Source of the DNA: Anthoceros angustus
Lineage: Eukaryota; Plantae; Anthocerotophyta
Length of the DNA stretch: 64,000 nt
Assembly (NCBI GenBank): GCA_010909165.1
Contig: MU008155.1
Span: forward strand, 2,418,001 to 2,482,000
Direction of reading: 5' to 3'
Program-made: the position numbers and the translations under genes
The notes under the pieces: model-generated
Told to the model about the DNA's origin: nothing
Databases searched by the model: none
What the model saw: the letters and a program-made list of their open reading frames with translations, nothing else
In this document: in pieces, positions 11,861 to 25,395 of the stretch
Layout of the letters: every line of letters begins with the position of its first letter
Numbering within the stretch: the first letter of the stretch is position 1

Positions 11861-12476
11861 ATGGCTTCACGATAAGCTCACATGCATAGAATAAATATTA
11901 TTTTGATAAATTAAAATAATGTTGGATATAAACTAATATTTACATAAATCATGAATATTACTATTTTCATTTAGATATTATAAACTTAATCAGATTGTAC
12001 TATAATAAATACTAAAATACAATATAGTAACCCTTTACCTATTGAAAAACTTATTTAATAATCTATTAATAAATAAAATCTCAAACTCATCGAAATATGG
12101 GACATGGGGCATGGAACTCGTTTTTCTATTTGGGCTATATATGTATGAGCCCCACCATCTATATTCAAACATGATATATCCAATCTCATTGTATGATAAA
12201 GAATACTATGGGACATAGTGCATGGAACCCATTTTTCCTATTTGGGCTATATATGTATGTGAGCCCCACTATATTCAAACATCATATATCCAATCTTGAT
12301 GTATGCTAAAGAATATCATTATCACCCATTCTTTTGAATTTTATTAGAATGTTTAGTTTTCTCATCGGTTCTCTCTTGAGAGGTTATCATTAGTTTGATC
12401 TTTGTAGAGTTACCTATCCATATTCCTTTGGGTTCTTTCTTTATTCTTATTTGCCTTTGGTCCTTTCTAGTCTATT

Positions 12477-13492
12477 ATGGCTAATGATGATGCTCCGTTA
12501 GCGTTGTACCTTACACATGGGTGGATGATTCCTAGAATCGGATGCCCACATTGGTTTCTACATTGAAGACGCAAGGAAGCATGAGGATGAGGGTGGCGCT
12601 CCTTCTTACCTTGGAACTTCCAAGCTAAAGACCCTTCCGGACCGCTTTCTAAGTATACCTTGAAGTTGGTAGACGTGGTCGATTTGATCATGGAAGTCAA
12701 GCAAAGAAGACCTCAACCACGACCTCCCACCATGGTGATCTAGAAAGGATGATGGCAGTGGCGGAAGCACCACCATCCCTAAGGCGCAACAAAATAGCGC
12801 GAGCAATTTGGGAGTGAAGGCGTCGACTTTGCATGGTGATGGAGGAGGTCCGGACACGAGGTATCACGAGTGCATTGGCATTCTATTCACAAGTCGTATA
12901 ATGTGTATCGATGGCACGCTACGTGCCGACTCACACTCATTGAAGAAGTTCCACCAGTTCATTTGGGGCGGTTCGAAAGGACATAGATGCAGCGATTCGG
13001 GACTTGGTGCAAATCAAGTTGTTTTTATGTGGCTTCAAGCGTCGAATACGAGTGAAGCTCAACTTCAAAGATCCCGCATCCTTAGAGACATATCTCAGTT
13101 ACCTTGGCCGGATTGGGTGGCCATCACAGTTGGCGGGAAGTAATAGGGTTTGTGAGGATGGAAGTTCAACAAAGCGCAAATTCTTCTCCCGTAGTGCATG
13201 CGGAGGCCTTCCACATGGTGTGTATATCGAGAAGAAGAGATGAAACAACTGCGAGATGTGCCAAAAGATGCTCGTGGGGAGACCACATATGAGGCTTTCG
13301 TTTTGAGAGATCAAGGCCAAATAGATGCGGTCCGGCAAGTTGTTGAGGTTGAGGGGCACACCATTCTAGCACCAAAACCTACAATTGTTGGTATAAAAAG
13401 GAAGGAAAAACGACCGTAGTAAAGCGATCATAATGGGGCATATGATACCAAGGAGCTCAATCATCCCTCACAGTTATTTGGTTGAGCTTGAG
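12477..13492 (+). CDS. ORF-A copy
   Basis: Same sequence as 1277-2290. Confidence 0.4.
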
Positions 13493-14269
13493 GCTTCACG
13501 GTTCAGTTGGGTAGCTACACTGCATAGCGGTGAGAAGTGCCGCTCGCTCTCGAGCTGCAGGAAGAAATCCTTGGTTCATCCATCCACTCCGAACCCACAA
13601 GAAAGTACTCTAGCGCCTTGAGCTCACAAGAAAGTATTTGGCGCCTTCAAACTCAGGACCAATACTTTAGTGCCTTCCAACTCACAGGATAATAGTCTAG
13701 CCTTCAAACTCACAGGACCCATACTCTCGCCTTCCAACTTGGGATAATACTCTAAGCGCCTTCAAACTCATAGAAAAATATTCTAGTGCCTTCCAACTCA
13801 CGGATAATACTCTAAGCGCCTTCAAACTCACGAGAAAAATATATTTGGCTCCTTCTTAGATCCATTGTTAAATACTCTAAGCGCGGACTCACACTAGGGA
13901 GTTCAACACGTCATGGCTCACTCACCTGGGAGGTCACTATGTGAGAAACTTTGCCGAGCAATTGGAGCAACATAAGTCGCCAAGGGTGTGGATCGGCGCA
14001 TTGGGAGAGGGAAAAGGGCATGAGGATCGGGAGGCGAGGAAGGAAGAAGAGGTATGTAGAGAAGATATGGGTGAAAAAGGATAACATGAGAAAACAATAT
14101 AAATATGGAAGATGAAGAGAAGGGAAAATGGGAAAATGGGAAGGAGAAACAAAAGAAATGAGAGGATATGGAGAAATAGTAAAGAATCTTCCTCTTGAGC
14201 GAGGAATGTTTTATTGAAAGGCAAAAAAAATGGTATATATACGGCCGAGTGAGTTGTAATCATCGAGGC

Positions 14270-15750
14270 GGTTGAGAATGCCGAAACTTACTCAACTATA
14301 TCAAATGCTATTAAACATTGTTTTACGCCTTACCGCGAAACGTGCCCTAAACCTCACTTTGATCGATGATCTAAGACCCCCATCTCCACAACACTCCCCT
14401 CGTTCGTCAAGTTCTTGTTCGCCATGACGTCCATCGGGCATGCTTCTCTGCATTTCCTCATCCTCTCGACCATCCGGTGGCTTCTCAAGCTCGCGACTCA
14501 CCCGATCTCACTATGAGCCAAAAATTGAAAGCCTCGAGCAAGCTGGAGTAGCGGGCCATGATCAAAAAGGCCGCGTGTTCCGAACACGCAAGAGCCGCCT
14601 TGGTCCCCATAAGATGCATGGCGGTAAGTATAGAAAGGTTTAGAATTGCGAACTCCAACCTTTGCCTCGGATGGCGGTGAGAAGAGCTTATGAAGAGTGG
14701 TGATCAAGGTGTCTTGGCAAGTCAGCGTCTTCCCTCAAGGTTCGCCGAGGAGCTCGAGCTCCATCACCCATAAGCTTCCTTGCTCGAGTCCTATACCTCT
14801 TACATGCTTCTCGTGGAGTACCTTGCATGCCTTGGTGAGCGGTCGATTTGTTATCGCCGATATCGACATCTGTGGTACGCAAGCTTATGAGCAACCACAC
14901 ATGGGATGAAATGGTGTTGTATCTCCACATGTTTGGTCCTTGTGTGAGGAGTTGGGTTGTAGGTCATGGCAATTGCATCTTGATGGTCGCATAGTAGTTT
15001 GGTTGGTTGATCCTGCTCCTCCGGATGTCGCTCGAGGTGTCGAATCAAGGAATCTCCTTTTGCCGCTAGAAGTTCTGCATACTCGCCGGTGGAGGCGGGC
15101 TGATCTGTAATTGCATCCCGGAGACTAACCGTTGTTGAGGATCATGCGATGGTACGGTGACTTGCGTGCATCCGGATCTCACCTTGATGCATTTGAGTAG
15201 GAGGTTAACTAGTACAAGCTTCTTGGAAGTGGTGTTTTGTATACAAGTCCAAGGGATTTGCAGCCTTCAAGTAGCGGAGGATGCGCTTGACGCTAGTCCG
15301 ATGGGCTCTCCCATGGTTGGAGAGGTATCTTGATGCAATATTCACATGTGACATGTCGGCTGTCCACATTGCCAAATAGGTAGGCTAATATGCAGCCTCG
15401 TATAGGGCACTTGGGACATCTCATGAGCTTACGGGTTGTGGGGCGGTCCTTGACGGATAGCTTCTCGCCGGAAGCAATAGGAGTGGAGCGGGCTTGGCAT
15501 CGCTCGGCTTCAATCTCTCCGGTGTGCGGTGTCACACAGCGGATGAACAAGGCGTTGCAGGTGTGCATGGGCGCACATCGAGAGCGCATCAAGGGGTCCC
15601 TTGAGTGCCGACGGTGCAATGATTACCTCTGAAGTGATTGTAAGGTGGTGTTTAGTTGCTAGCTTGCACACTAATAGCAAGTTCTTGGTCATTCGAGCGT
15701 GGAACGCCATTAATGGTGAGCAGCTCTCCATCTTCCCTTCCCTTCCCTAT
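14270..15750 (-). mobile_element. Copia RT-RH-LTR remnant
   Basis: HTRTKHVEIQHHFI in ORF 14851..15048. Confidence 0.85.
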
Positions 15751-16766
15751 CGGTGGCTTCGATAAGCTCACATGCATAGAATAAATATTATTTTGATAAA
15801 TTAAAATAACGAGATATAAACTAATATTTACATAAATCATGAATATTACTATTTTCATTTAGATATTATAAACTTAATCAGATTGTACTATAATAAATAC
15901 TAAAATACAATATAGTAACCCTTTACCTATTGAAAAACTTATTTAATAATCTATTAATAAATAAAATCTCAAACTCATGAAATATGGGACATGGGGCATG
16001 GAACTCGTTTTTCTATTTGGGCTATATGTATGAGCCCCACCATCTATATTCAAACATGATATATCCAATCTCATTGTATGATAAAGAATACTATGGGACA
16101 TAGTGCATGGAACCCATTTTTCCTATTTGGGCTATATGTATATGAGCCCCACTATATTCAAACATCATATATCCAATCTTGATGTATGCTAAAGAATATC
16201 ATTATCACCCATTCTTTTGAATTTTATTAGAATGTTTAGTTTTCTCATCGGTTCTCTCTTCAGTGGTTATCATTAGTTTGATGTTGTAGAGTTACCTATC
16301 CATATTCCTTTGGGTTCTTTCTTTATTCTTATTTGCCTTTGGTCCTTTCTAGTCTATTATGGCTAATGATGATGCTCCGTTAGCGTTGTACCTTACACAT
16401 GGGTGGAGTTCCTAGAATCGGATGCCCACATTGGTTTCTACATTGAAGGCAGGAAGCATGAGGATGAGGTGGTGACGCTCCTTCCTTACCTTGGAACTTC
16501 CAAGCTAAAGACCCTTCCGGACCGCTTTCTAAGTATACCTTGAAATGGTATGGTTGTGGTGAAGTCCAAGAAGACTCGGTCACTCACTATGCCACACTTA
16601 TCCCCACCCGTCGTTGGGTTTCGTCCATGAGACTTGTGTGAAAGTTCGAGGCCTTGTGTCAATCGCTACACACACAACTCTCGGCCTTCTCAGCAAGCAA
16701 AGGCGCCACTACTCTCCCTCTCACAGCAGTGCAGCCTTTGCCCGAATCGCCAATCCTCGACCACAA

Positions 16767-16957
16767 CGACACAAAACAATTGCAGGTTGCCTCGTGACAA
16801 GGAGCCTACCACGGGCGCCTGTGGACCCCGGTTCACACCGCGATTTCGTCCCTACTTAAGACCAAACTTGACCTAGCGACACAACACAATTCACAGTCCA
16901 TCGGAAGAGCCTACCACGGCGAGGACCCCAGTTCACACCTTGATTCGTCCCTACTTC
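16767..16957. repeat. Two ~110-bp direct repeats (GAGCCTACCACGG...GGACCCC.GTTCACACC...TTCGTCCCTACTT)
   Basis: Copies at ~16767-16858 and ~16877-16957; partial third copy GATTCGTCCCT at ~16998. Confidence 0.85.
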
Positions 16958-17142
16958 TAAGACTCTTCTCCACTCGGGGGCTCGTTTACTTAGTTGGGAT
17001 TCGTCCCTTAGGCTGCACTGTGGCCTTCCACTAACACCTACACCTCTAATCCTCTCATCTTCTCATCTCCTCATCCTCTTCCTCCTAGTCTAACCTCGAT
17101 TCGGGCTTCTTGGTTTACTCGCCCTTACGGCTGGCGCACAGG

Positions 17143-20100
17143 TCAGCCTCCACCCCAAGTTCTTCCTTGGGCGGTTGCTATGAGTTTGACCCAGAGAGCC
17201 TCGAGAGTCTTTCCATGAAGTCTACCCTCAAGCGAGTTCTGGGCATTTGCCACACACCCAAAGCAAAGCAATTTCCAACCATTCACAAGGAGCAACTCGT
17301 TTAGGCACTTGCGAGCAAGTCCTCCACCAAGCACTCCGACCACATGACTTCCTGCAGTGTATTTGGCTCGACACGAAATTCCTCTGTAATGGGGACTCAT
17401 TTCAAGACATGATACTTTACTTTGTGAAATCCTCCTCCTCAGGCCTTTACATACAACTCACTTGCTTCCTTGATTGGGTAGCCAATTTTGCACGAAGGGC
17501 ATAATGCACAAAACCTTCTTACTACCCATTCTATGTACCACTTTCTTGTGGTACTCCTCCTCTGGGACCTTTTTCCTTCCAAGTCCTCTATTCGTTGAGC
17601 AAGCCCTTCCCTCTCTTGCATCTTTCTCGCTCCACAGTTCTTGGTTTTGAATTTCCATCGGGCGCTTCTCTTCCAAACTAGGGCTCTTCTCAACTCTTCC
17701 TTCATGTCCGGATCTGGATGGCTTGCGTAGCCATCACTGTTCTTGGCGTCCATTTCTTTGGACGCTACCTTCTCCTTCCAAGCCTCTGTTTTGCCCTTGC
17801 TCTTGCTCTAATTGGGCAAAATGCTCCTCATATACATCTCCATGAGTCTCGTTGGGTGGTTGCTCGGATGGCTCTTTCTTGGTTTTGAGCCAACCTCCCT
17901 CAAGACCTTCTCCGCTGATCCATAAGGTGTGGAGCTTCTCCTGACCTTTTTCCAGCTTGGCTGCCTTTTCGTCGGACTCCATGGCCTCCAATTGCCATTT
18001 GGTCCCTGCCTTCCTCCCGGCCATGTCTTGAGATTTCACTTCTTCTTGACATGCCCACAAGGAAGCGGCTGTTTCTCTAGCCTTTTTCAAATCCACACGG
18101 CTGAGTGCTTCACAAGCACCCAGCAATTCTCCTAGGGGTCCTAATTCCACCCCTTCTTTCTTCTTGCTGGAAATCTCCAGCTCTCCTGCACCTCTCGGGC
18201 CATCGGCGTGGCCGGCCCTTCCGTCGCTCCATCCGCCTCCCACCACGCGGAAGATGGTGGCCTCGGCCGCTCATGGCGCTCTCGCGTTCTTCTCCTTCCC
18301 TTCCACCTTGGTGGCTGTTTTGCTGGCGTGGGGTGCCTGCCTACCTGGTGGGCTGCTCGTGGTAGTCGCCTACCTACCATGGTAGGGCGCCTATGATGGT
18401 GCCCACCCCTTGGGTGGCGCCCTCGGGGTAGTCAGCCGGGTGCCTCTCGTAGGCACAAAGGAGATGGTGGGGACTCCCCACTCTCGGGGTTGTCACCCCT
18501 CATGGTCCTTCTCTCATAGACCACCATCCGGCCTTCTTGGCGCTTCTTGCTCTTCTTCCCTTGCTTGCTCACAGAAAGGATTCCCACTCGGCAACTTTGT
18601 TGCCTCGAACCTTCTCCTCTTGCCTCTAGCATTTTTGTGGAGTCGACCTCCCACCGTCTTCGCAATGCAAAGGCAAAGGCCTTTCCAACCTCGGTGGAGA
18701 TGGATGACCTCAAAGGGATGCCATGCATCTTCAAGCTCCTTGCTTGTGAGAGTCCCTCGGTTTCCCATAAATGCACCAAATAGGTGCTAAGATAGCAGGC
18801 CTTGGTCCTTCCTCATCCACAATTTGGCTTGAGGAGCTTCTCTCGATGGTGTATACGCTTCATACATGATAGTCCCCAATCGGCTTGGCTCCCATGGAAA
18901 TCTTCCACAAAAATTGGAGGAAGTTGGTCTTTGAAATAAGAGGTCGTTGGTAATTTACCAACCCAGCACAATCTTTGCGAAGAGCCTCCACTTGACTCCT
19001 TGATGCTCTCGGTCTTCCGGCCATTCTTGGCGTGGGCCTTCACTCCTCCATCCATCATGTCAAGGAACTCCTGCGGGATGTCGGAGGCTGTCCTCTTCCC
19101 CCATTCAACCTTTCGAGAGAGAGCAATTCGGAGCTTTCTTCCTCCGGTCTTCCACACTGTCGAATACTTCTCACGGTCCAGCGGATCGTTCTAGCATTCC
19201 TTGAGGTGGCTTCCGATTGATGGAGGTTGATGTAACACTCCTCAATCAATTCCAAATTGGTGTAGGCCCATTGGCGGCCATACACCCATCCTAGTTGGAT
19301 GTTCTCCTCCTCGCTTCGAAAATCAACCAAATCTCGGGGTTGAGCTGCCCAAAGCAAGTGAATTGGGGCATCACAAGTTCACCTCCCACAGCGGCCTTCT
19401 TTCTTCCTTTTCCTCGAGGAGAGCAATTCGGAGCTTTCTTCCTCCGGTCTTCCATACATCGAATACTTCTCACGGTCCAGCAGGGGATCGTTCTAGCATT
19501 CCTTCGGTGGCCTTGGTGATTGATGGAGGTTGATGTAACACTCCTCAATCAATTCCAAATTGGTGTAGGCCCATTGGCGGCCATACACCCATCCTGTTGG
19601 ATGTTCTCCTCCTCTTGCTGAAAATCAACCAAATCTCGGGGTTGAGCTGACAAAGCAAGTGAATTGGGGCATCACAAGTTCACCTCCCACAGCGGGCGAC
19701 CTCTTCTTTCTTTCCTTTCCTCTCGCGAGGAGGCCCTTGCAGGCGGCTCCTTTCCTTGCCTTTTCGAGGAGAGCAATTCGGAGCTTTCTTCCTCCGGTCT
19801 TCCATACATCGAATACTTCTCACGGTCCAGCAGGGGATCGTTCTAGCATTCCTTCGGTGGCCTTGGTGATTGATGGAGGTTGATGTAACACTCCTCAATC
19901 AATTCCAAATTGGTGTAGGCCCATTGGCGGCCATACACCCATCCTGTTGGATGTTCTCCTCCTCTTGCTGAAAATCAACCAAATCTCGGGGTTGAGCTGA
20001 CAAAGCAAGTGAATTGGGGCATCACAAGTTCACCTCCCACAGCGGGCGACCTCTTCTTTCTTTCCTTTCCTCTCGCGAGGAGGCCCTTGCAGGCGGCTCC

Positions 20101-21280
20101 TTTCCTTGCCTTTCGAGGAGAGCAATTCGGAGCTTTCTTCCTCCGGTCTTCCATACATCGAATACTTCTCACGGTCCAGCAGGGGATCGTTCTAGCATTC
20201 CTTCGGTGGCCTTGGTGATTGATGGAGGTTGATGTAACACTCCTCAATCAATTCCAAATTGGTGTAGGCCCATTGGCGGCCATACACCCATCCTGTTGGA
20301 TGTTCTCCTCCTCTTGCTGAAAATCAACCAAATCTCGGGGTTGAGCTGACAAAGCAAGTGAATTGGGGCATCACAAGTTCACCTCCCACAGCGGGCGACC
20401 TCTTCTTTCTTTCCTTTCCTCTCGCGAGGAGGCCCTTGCAGGCGGCTCCTTTCCTTGCCTTTTCCCATGGCACCTTCCTTCGCTTCAGCGAAGTTACTCT
20501 CCAATTAAATTTCACTTTTCCAACACTCCTTCTTGTCACTAAACTTCTCAGGCCAATCCGGGGCCTTCTTCCTCCGGCTCCCCGGCTCTTGATTCTTCCA
20601 CGGTCTCAACAAAAGCGCAAATTCTTCTCCTCTTGCCTCTAGCATTCCTTCCTTCCTCATCCACAATTTGGCTTGAGGAGCTTCTCCTTTCCTTCCTTCG
20701 CACCGCTCTTCCTCTTGGGTGTAGATGGCGGCGGCGGCTCGCGATGGCGATCTCCTTCTCTCTTCCTTTTCCTCTCGCGAGGAGGCCCTTGCCAGTGGCT
20801 CCTTTCCTTGCCTTTGCATGGCACCTTCCTTACTTCAGCAAGGATTACTTTTTCTCAATTTGTGCTCAAGCCCTCAACACTCCTTCTTGTCATGGGACAC
20901 ACGAGGCACAAACGTAGCCACATTGAGCCACGGCGATTTCCTTCCTTGATTTCTCTGGGCAGGCGCCGCGTGGTGTGATCCTTTCCTTCTCCTTTCCTTC
21001 TCCTTTCCTTCTCCTCTTGCCTCTAGCATTCCTTCCTTCTCCTTCTCCTCTTCCCCCATTCAACCTTTCGAGGAGAGCCCTTGCAGGCGGCTCCTTTCCT
21101 TCTCCTTCTCCTCTTCCTTCTCCTCTTCCTTCTCCTTTCCTCTCGTGTAGTCGCGGCGGCATGGCGGCTCTTTCCTCTTCCTTCTCCTTGTGGTTCGCTC
21201 CGGCTCCGGTCTGAAGTTAGTTCGAAGGAAGTTGGCGGCGCCCAGCGCACTTTGCCCTCCTTTTGCCACGGCGTTCCCAA
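17143..21280 (-). pseudogene. Frameshifted retroelement accessory-type ORF (K/E-rich N-terminus, W-rich middle domain, coiled-coil C-terminus)
   Basis: Consecutive - strand ORFs: GWVYGRQWAYTNLELIEECYINL, PQEFLDMMDGG, DWGLSCMKRI, YLVHLWE, and E/K/L-rich heptad segments at 17439-18246. Confidence 0.5.
19118..20460. repeat. ~349-bp near-identical tandem repeat (3-4 copies) inside the insert
   Basis: GAATTGGGGCATCACAAGTT at ~19360, 19661, 20011 and 20360. Confidence 0.95.
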
Positions 21281-23279
21281 CCCTAGATTGGATTCATCAT
21301 TCCAAAATCCTAATACCTTTTCCTATCATGACCTAATTAACCTTCTAATTATTTATTCCTATTGGTGAGCATATAGTGGATATCCCCTTATTCTAATTTC
21401 CTTTTAGAGATTCGTCGGTCTACCATGATACTACCGATGTCACTTCCTTTCGACCTACGGCGTAGTGTGGCCCTACGGTGATGCCTGACCTAACCTTTGG
21501 TGCCCTCCGCCTCATGCGGGTCGTTTCGAGTTCTTCTTCACAGGATATCCTCTTCATCTTCCTAACAATATCCTACAACTCCGACTTCAAGATTCTCGAA
21601 AATTTCTTGGCATGCTCCTCTTCAATCGTTCTAGCCAAAAAAAATCAAACTTGTTAGTCTTGAGCTTTTGAAGTATGGTTGCTGTTGCGTAGTGGTCGAT
21701 TTGATCATGGAAGTCAAGCAAAGAAGACCTCAACCACCTCCCACCATGGTGATCTAGAAAGGATGATGACGGTGGTGGGAAGCACCACCATCCCTAAGGC
21801 GCAACAAAATGCGAGCAATGGGAGTGAAGGCGTCGGCTTTGTGCATGGTGATGGAGGAGGTCCGGACACGAGGTATCACGAGTGCATTGGCATTCTATTC
21901 ACAAGTCGATAATGTATCCGATGGCTACGACTCACTGACTCACGAAGTTCCACCAGTTCATTTGGGGGCGATTCGAAAAGGACATAGATGCATGTTGGAC
22001 TTGGTGCAAATCAAGTTGTTTTATGTGGCTTCAAGCGTCGAATACGAGTGAAGCTCAACTTCAAAGATCCCGCATCCTTAGAGACATATCTACATTACTC
22101 GAACGATCGGATTGGGTGGCCATCACAGTTGGCGGGAAGTAATAGGGTTTGTGAGGATGGAAGTTCAACAAAAGCGCAAATTCTTCTCCCGTAGTGCATG
22201 CGAGGCCTTCCACATGGTGTGTATATCGGAGAAGAAGAGATGAAACAACTGCAGATGTGCCAAAAGATGCTCGAGGAGACCACATATGAGGCTTTCGTTT
22301 TGAAACGATCAAGGCCAAATAGATGCAGTCCGACAAGTTGTTGAGGTTGAGGGGCACACCATTCTAGCACCAAAACCTACAATTGTTGGTATAAAAAGAG
22401 GAAGCTGGAAAAGCATACGTAAAGGCGATCATAATGGGGTCAGATGATACCAAGGAGCTCAATCATCCCTCACAGTTATTTGGTTGAGCTTGAACTTCAA
22501 AGTTCGATTGGTGGCTACCGCATAGCCGGCCGAGAAGTGCAGCTACGCTCTCGAAGGCGCATGGAAGAAATCCTTGGTTCATCCATCCATCCAAACGAAC
22601 CCACAAGAAAGTACTCTAGCGCCTTGAGCTCACAAGAAAGTATTTGAGCGCCTTCAAACTCACGGGACCAATACTTTAGTGCCTTCCAACTCAGGATAAT
22701 AGTCTAGCGCCTTCAAACTCACAGGACCCATACTCTCGCCTTCCAACTTACGAGGATAATACTCCGCCTTCAAACTCATAGAAAATATTCTAGTGCCTTC
22801 CAACTCACAGGATAATACTCTAGCCTTCAAACTCACGGAAAAATATATTTGGCCCTTCTTAGATCCATTGTTAAATACTCTAACGCCCGGACTCACACTA
22901 GGGAGTTCAACACGTCATGGCTCACTCACCGGGAGGTCACTATGTGAGAAACTTTGCGAGCAATTGGAGCAACATAAGTCGCCAAGGAGTGTGGATCGGG
23001 CATTGGGAGAGGGAAAAGGGCATGAGGATCGGGAGAGAAGGGAAGGAAAGAGAGAGGTATGTAGAGAAGATATGGGTGAAAAAGGATAACATGAGAAACA
23101 ATATAAATATGGAAGATGAAGAGAAGGGGAAAATGGGAAAATGGGAAGGGAGAAACAAAAGAAATGAGAGGATATGGAGAAATAGTAAAGAATCTTCCTC
23201 TTGAGCGAGGAATGTTTTATTGAAAGGCAAAAAAAAATGGTATATATACACGGCCGAGTGAGTTGTAATCACATCGTGC

Positions 23280-24775
23280 GATTGAGAATGCGAAACTTAC
23301 TCAACTATATCAAATGCTATTAAACATTGTTTCGTCACCTTGTGAAGCGTGCCTAAACCTCACTTTGATCGACGTCTAAGACCCCCATCTCCACAACACT
23401 CCCCTCGTTCTTGATCCGGTTCTTCGTTCTACGCCGCCATGACGTCCATCGGGCATGCTTCTCGCTGTTCCTCTCGGCATCCTCTCGACCATCCGGTGGC
23501 TTCTCAAGCTCGCGACTCACGATCTCGGCTATGAGCCAAAAATTGAAAGCCTCGAGCATTTGGAGTAGCCAGCATGATCCGAAAAGAGCGCGCCGATGTT
23601 GAACACAAGAGCCGCGGTCGGCCCAAGATGCATGGCGTAAGTATAGAAAGGTTTAGAATTGCGAACTCCAACCTTTGCCTCCGGATGACGGTGAGAAGAG
23701 CTTATGAAGAGTGGTGATCAAGGTGTCTTTGGCGAAGTCAACGCCTTCCCTCAAGGTTCGCCGAGGGGCTGAGCTCCATCACCCGGATAAGCTTCCTTGC
23801 TCGAGTCCTATACCTCTTACATGCTTCTCGTGGAGTACCTTGGGTGCCTTGGTGAGCGGTCGATTTATTGCCCTTGATGTCGACATCAGACGCCTAAGCT
23901 CGCTTATGAGCAACCACCGTGGGATGAAATGGTGTTGTATCTCCACATGTTTGGTCCTTGTGTGCGGTTGGGTTGTAGGTCATGGCAATTGCATCTTGAT
24001 GGTCGCATAGTAGTTTGGTTGGTTGATCCGCCTCCTCGGATGTCGCTCGGAATTGTCGAATCCAAGGAATCTCCTTTTGCCGCTAGGGAAGTTCTTTGCA
24101 TACTCCGCTTGGTGGAGACGGTCACATGCAACAATTGCATCCCGGAGACTAACCCGTTGTTGAGGATCATGCAGAGCTGGGTAGACTTGCGTGCATCCGG
24201 ATCTCCCGATGCATTTGAGTAGGAGGTTAACTAGTACAAGCTTGAAGTGGTGTTTTTGTATACAAGTCCAAGGGATTTGCAGCCCTTCAAGTAGCGGAGG
24301 ATGCGCTTGACGCTAGTCCGATGGGCTCTCCCATGGTTGGAGAGGTATCTTGATGCAATATTCACACTGTGACATGTCCGCGGTCCACATTGCCAAATAG
24401 AGTAGGCTAGCCGCCAGCCTCAGAGGGCACTTGGGACATCTCATGAGCTTCTTCCGAGTTGTGGGGCGGTCCATCGGCGGATAGCTTCTCGCCGGAAGCA
24501 ATAGGAGTGGAGACGGGCTTGGCATCGCTCAGCTTCAATCTCTCGGCAGTCGACAGCGTGTCAGCGGATGAACAGGCGGGTGTGCATGAACTGCACATCG
24601 AGAGCGTATCGAAGGGGTCCCTTGAGTGCCAGACGGTGCAATGATTACCTACGAAAGTGATTGTAAGGTGGTGTTTAGTTGCTAGCTTGCACACTAATAG
24701 CAAGTTCTTGGTCATTGCAGCACGTGGAGAACGCCATTAATGGTGAGCAGCTCTCCATCTTCCCTTCCTTCCCTA
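23280..24775 (-). mobile_element. Copia RT-RH-LTR remnant
   Basis: ERLKLSDAKPVSTPIASGEKLS...EEAHEMSQVP. Confidence 0.85.
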
Positions 24776-25395
24776 TACGATGGCTTCACGATAAGCTCAC
24801 ATGCATAGAATAAATATTATTTTGATAAATTAAAATAATGCAGATATAAACTAATATTTACATAAATCATGAATATTACTATTTTCATTTAGATATTATA
24901 AAGTTAATCAGATTGTACTATAATAAATACTAAAATACAATATAGTAACCCTTTACCTATTGAAAACTTATTTAATAATCTATTAATAAATAAAATCTCA
25001 AACTCATCGAAATATGGGACATGGGGCATGGAACTCGTTTTTCTATTTGGGCTATATATGTATGTGAGCCCCACCATCTATATTCAAACATGATATATCC
25101 AATCTCATTGTATGATAAAGAATACTATGGGACATAGTGCATGGAACCCATTTTTCCTATTTGGGCTATATATGTATGTGAGCCCCACTATATTCAAACA
25201 TCATATATCCAATCTTGATGTATGCTAAAGAATATCATTATCACCCATTCTTTTGAATTTTATTAGAATGTTTAGTTTTCTCATCGGTTCTCTCTTGAGA
25301 GGTTATCATTAGTTTGATCTTTGTAGAGTTACCTATCCATATTCCTTTGGGTTCTTTCTTTATTCTTATTTGCCTTTGGTCCTTTCTAGTCTATT

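Larger units (their letters stand above)
16551..21690 (-). mobile_element. Non-array insert, probably the 3' portion of a Ty3/Gypsy (Tat/Athila-like) element; no gag/pol seen
   Basis: On the - strand, a long charged ORF is followed by ~110-bp tandem repeats, a PPT-like GGGTGGGGATAAG, and TGTGG...CCACA. The family assignment is inferred from architecture only. Confidence 0.5.
16359..22492 (+). pseudogene. ORF-A copy split by the 5.1-kb insert (16359-16550 and ~21692-22492)
   Basis: Array sequence stops at AAGTATACCTTGAAATGGTA and resumes at GTGGTCGATTTGATCATGG. Confidence 0.6.
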
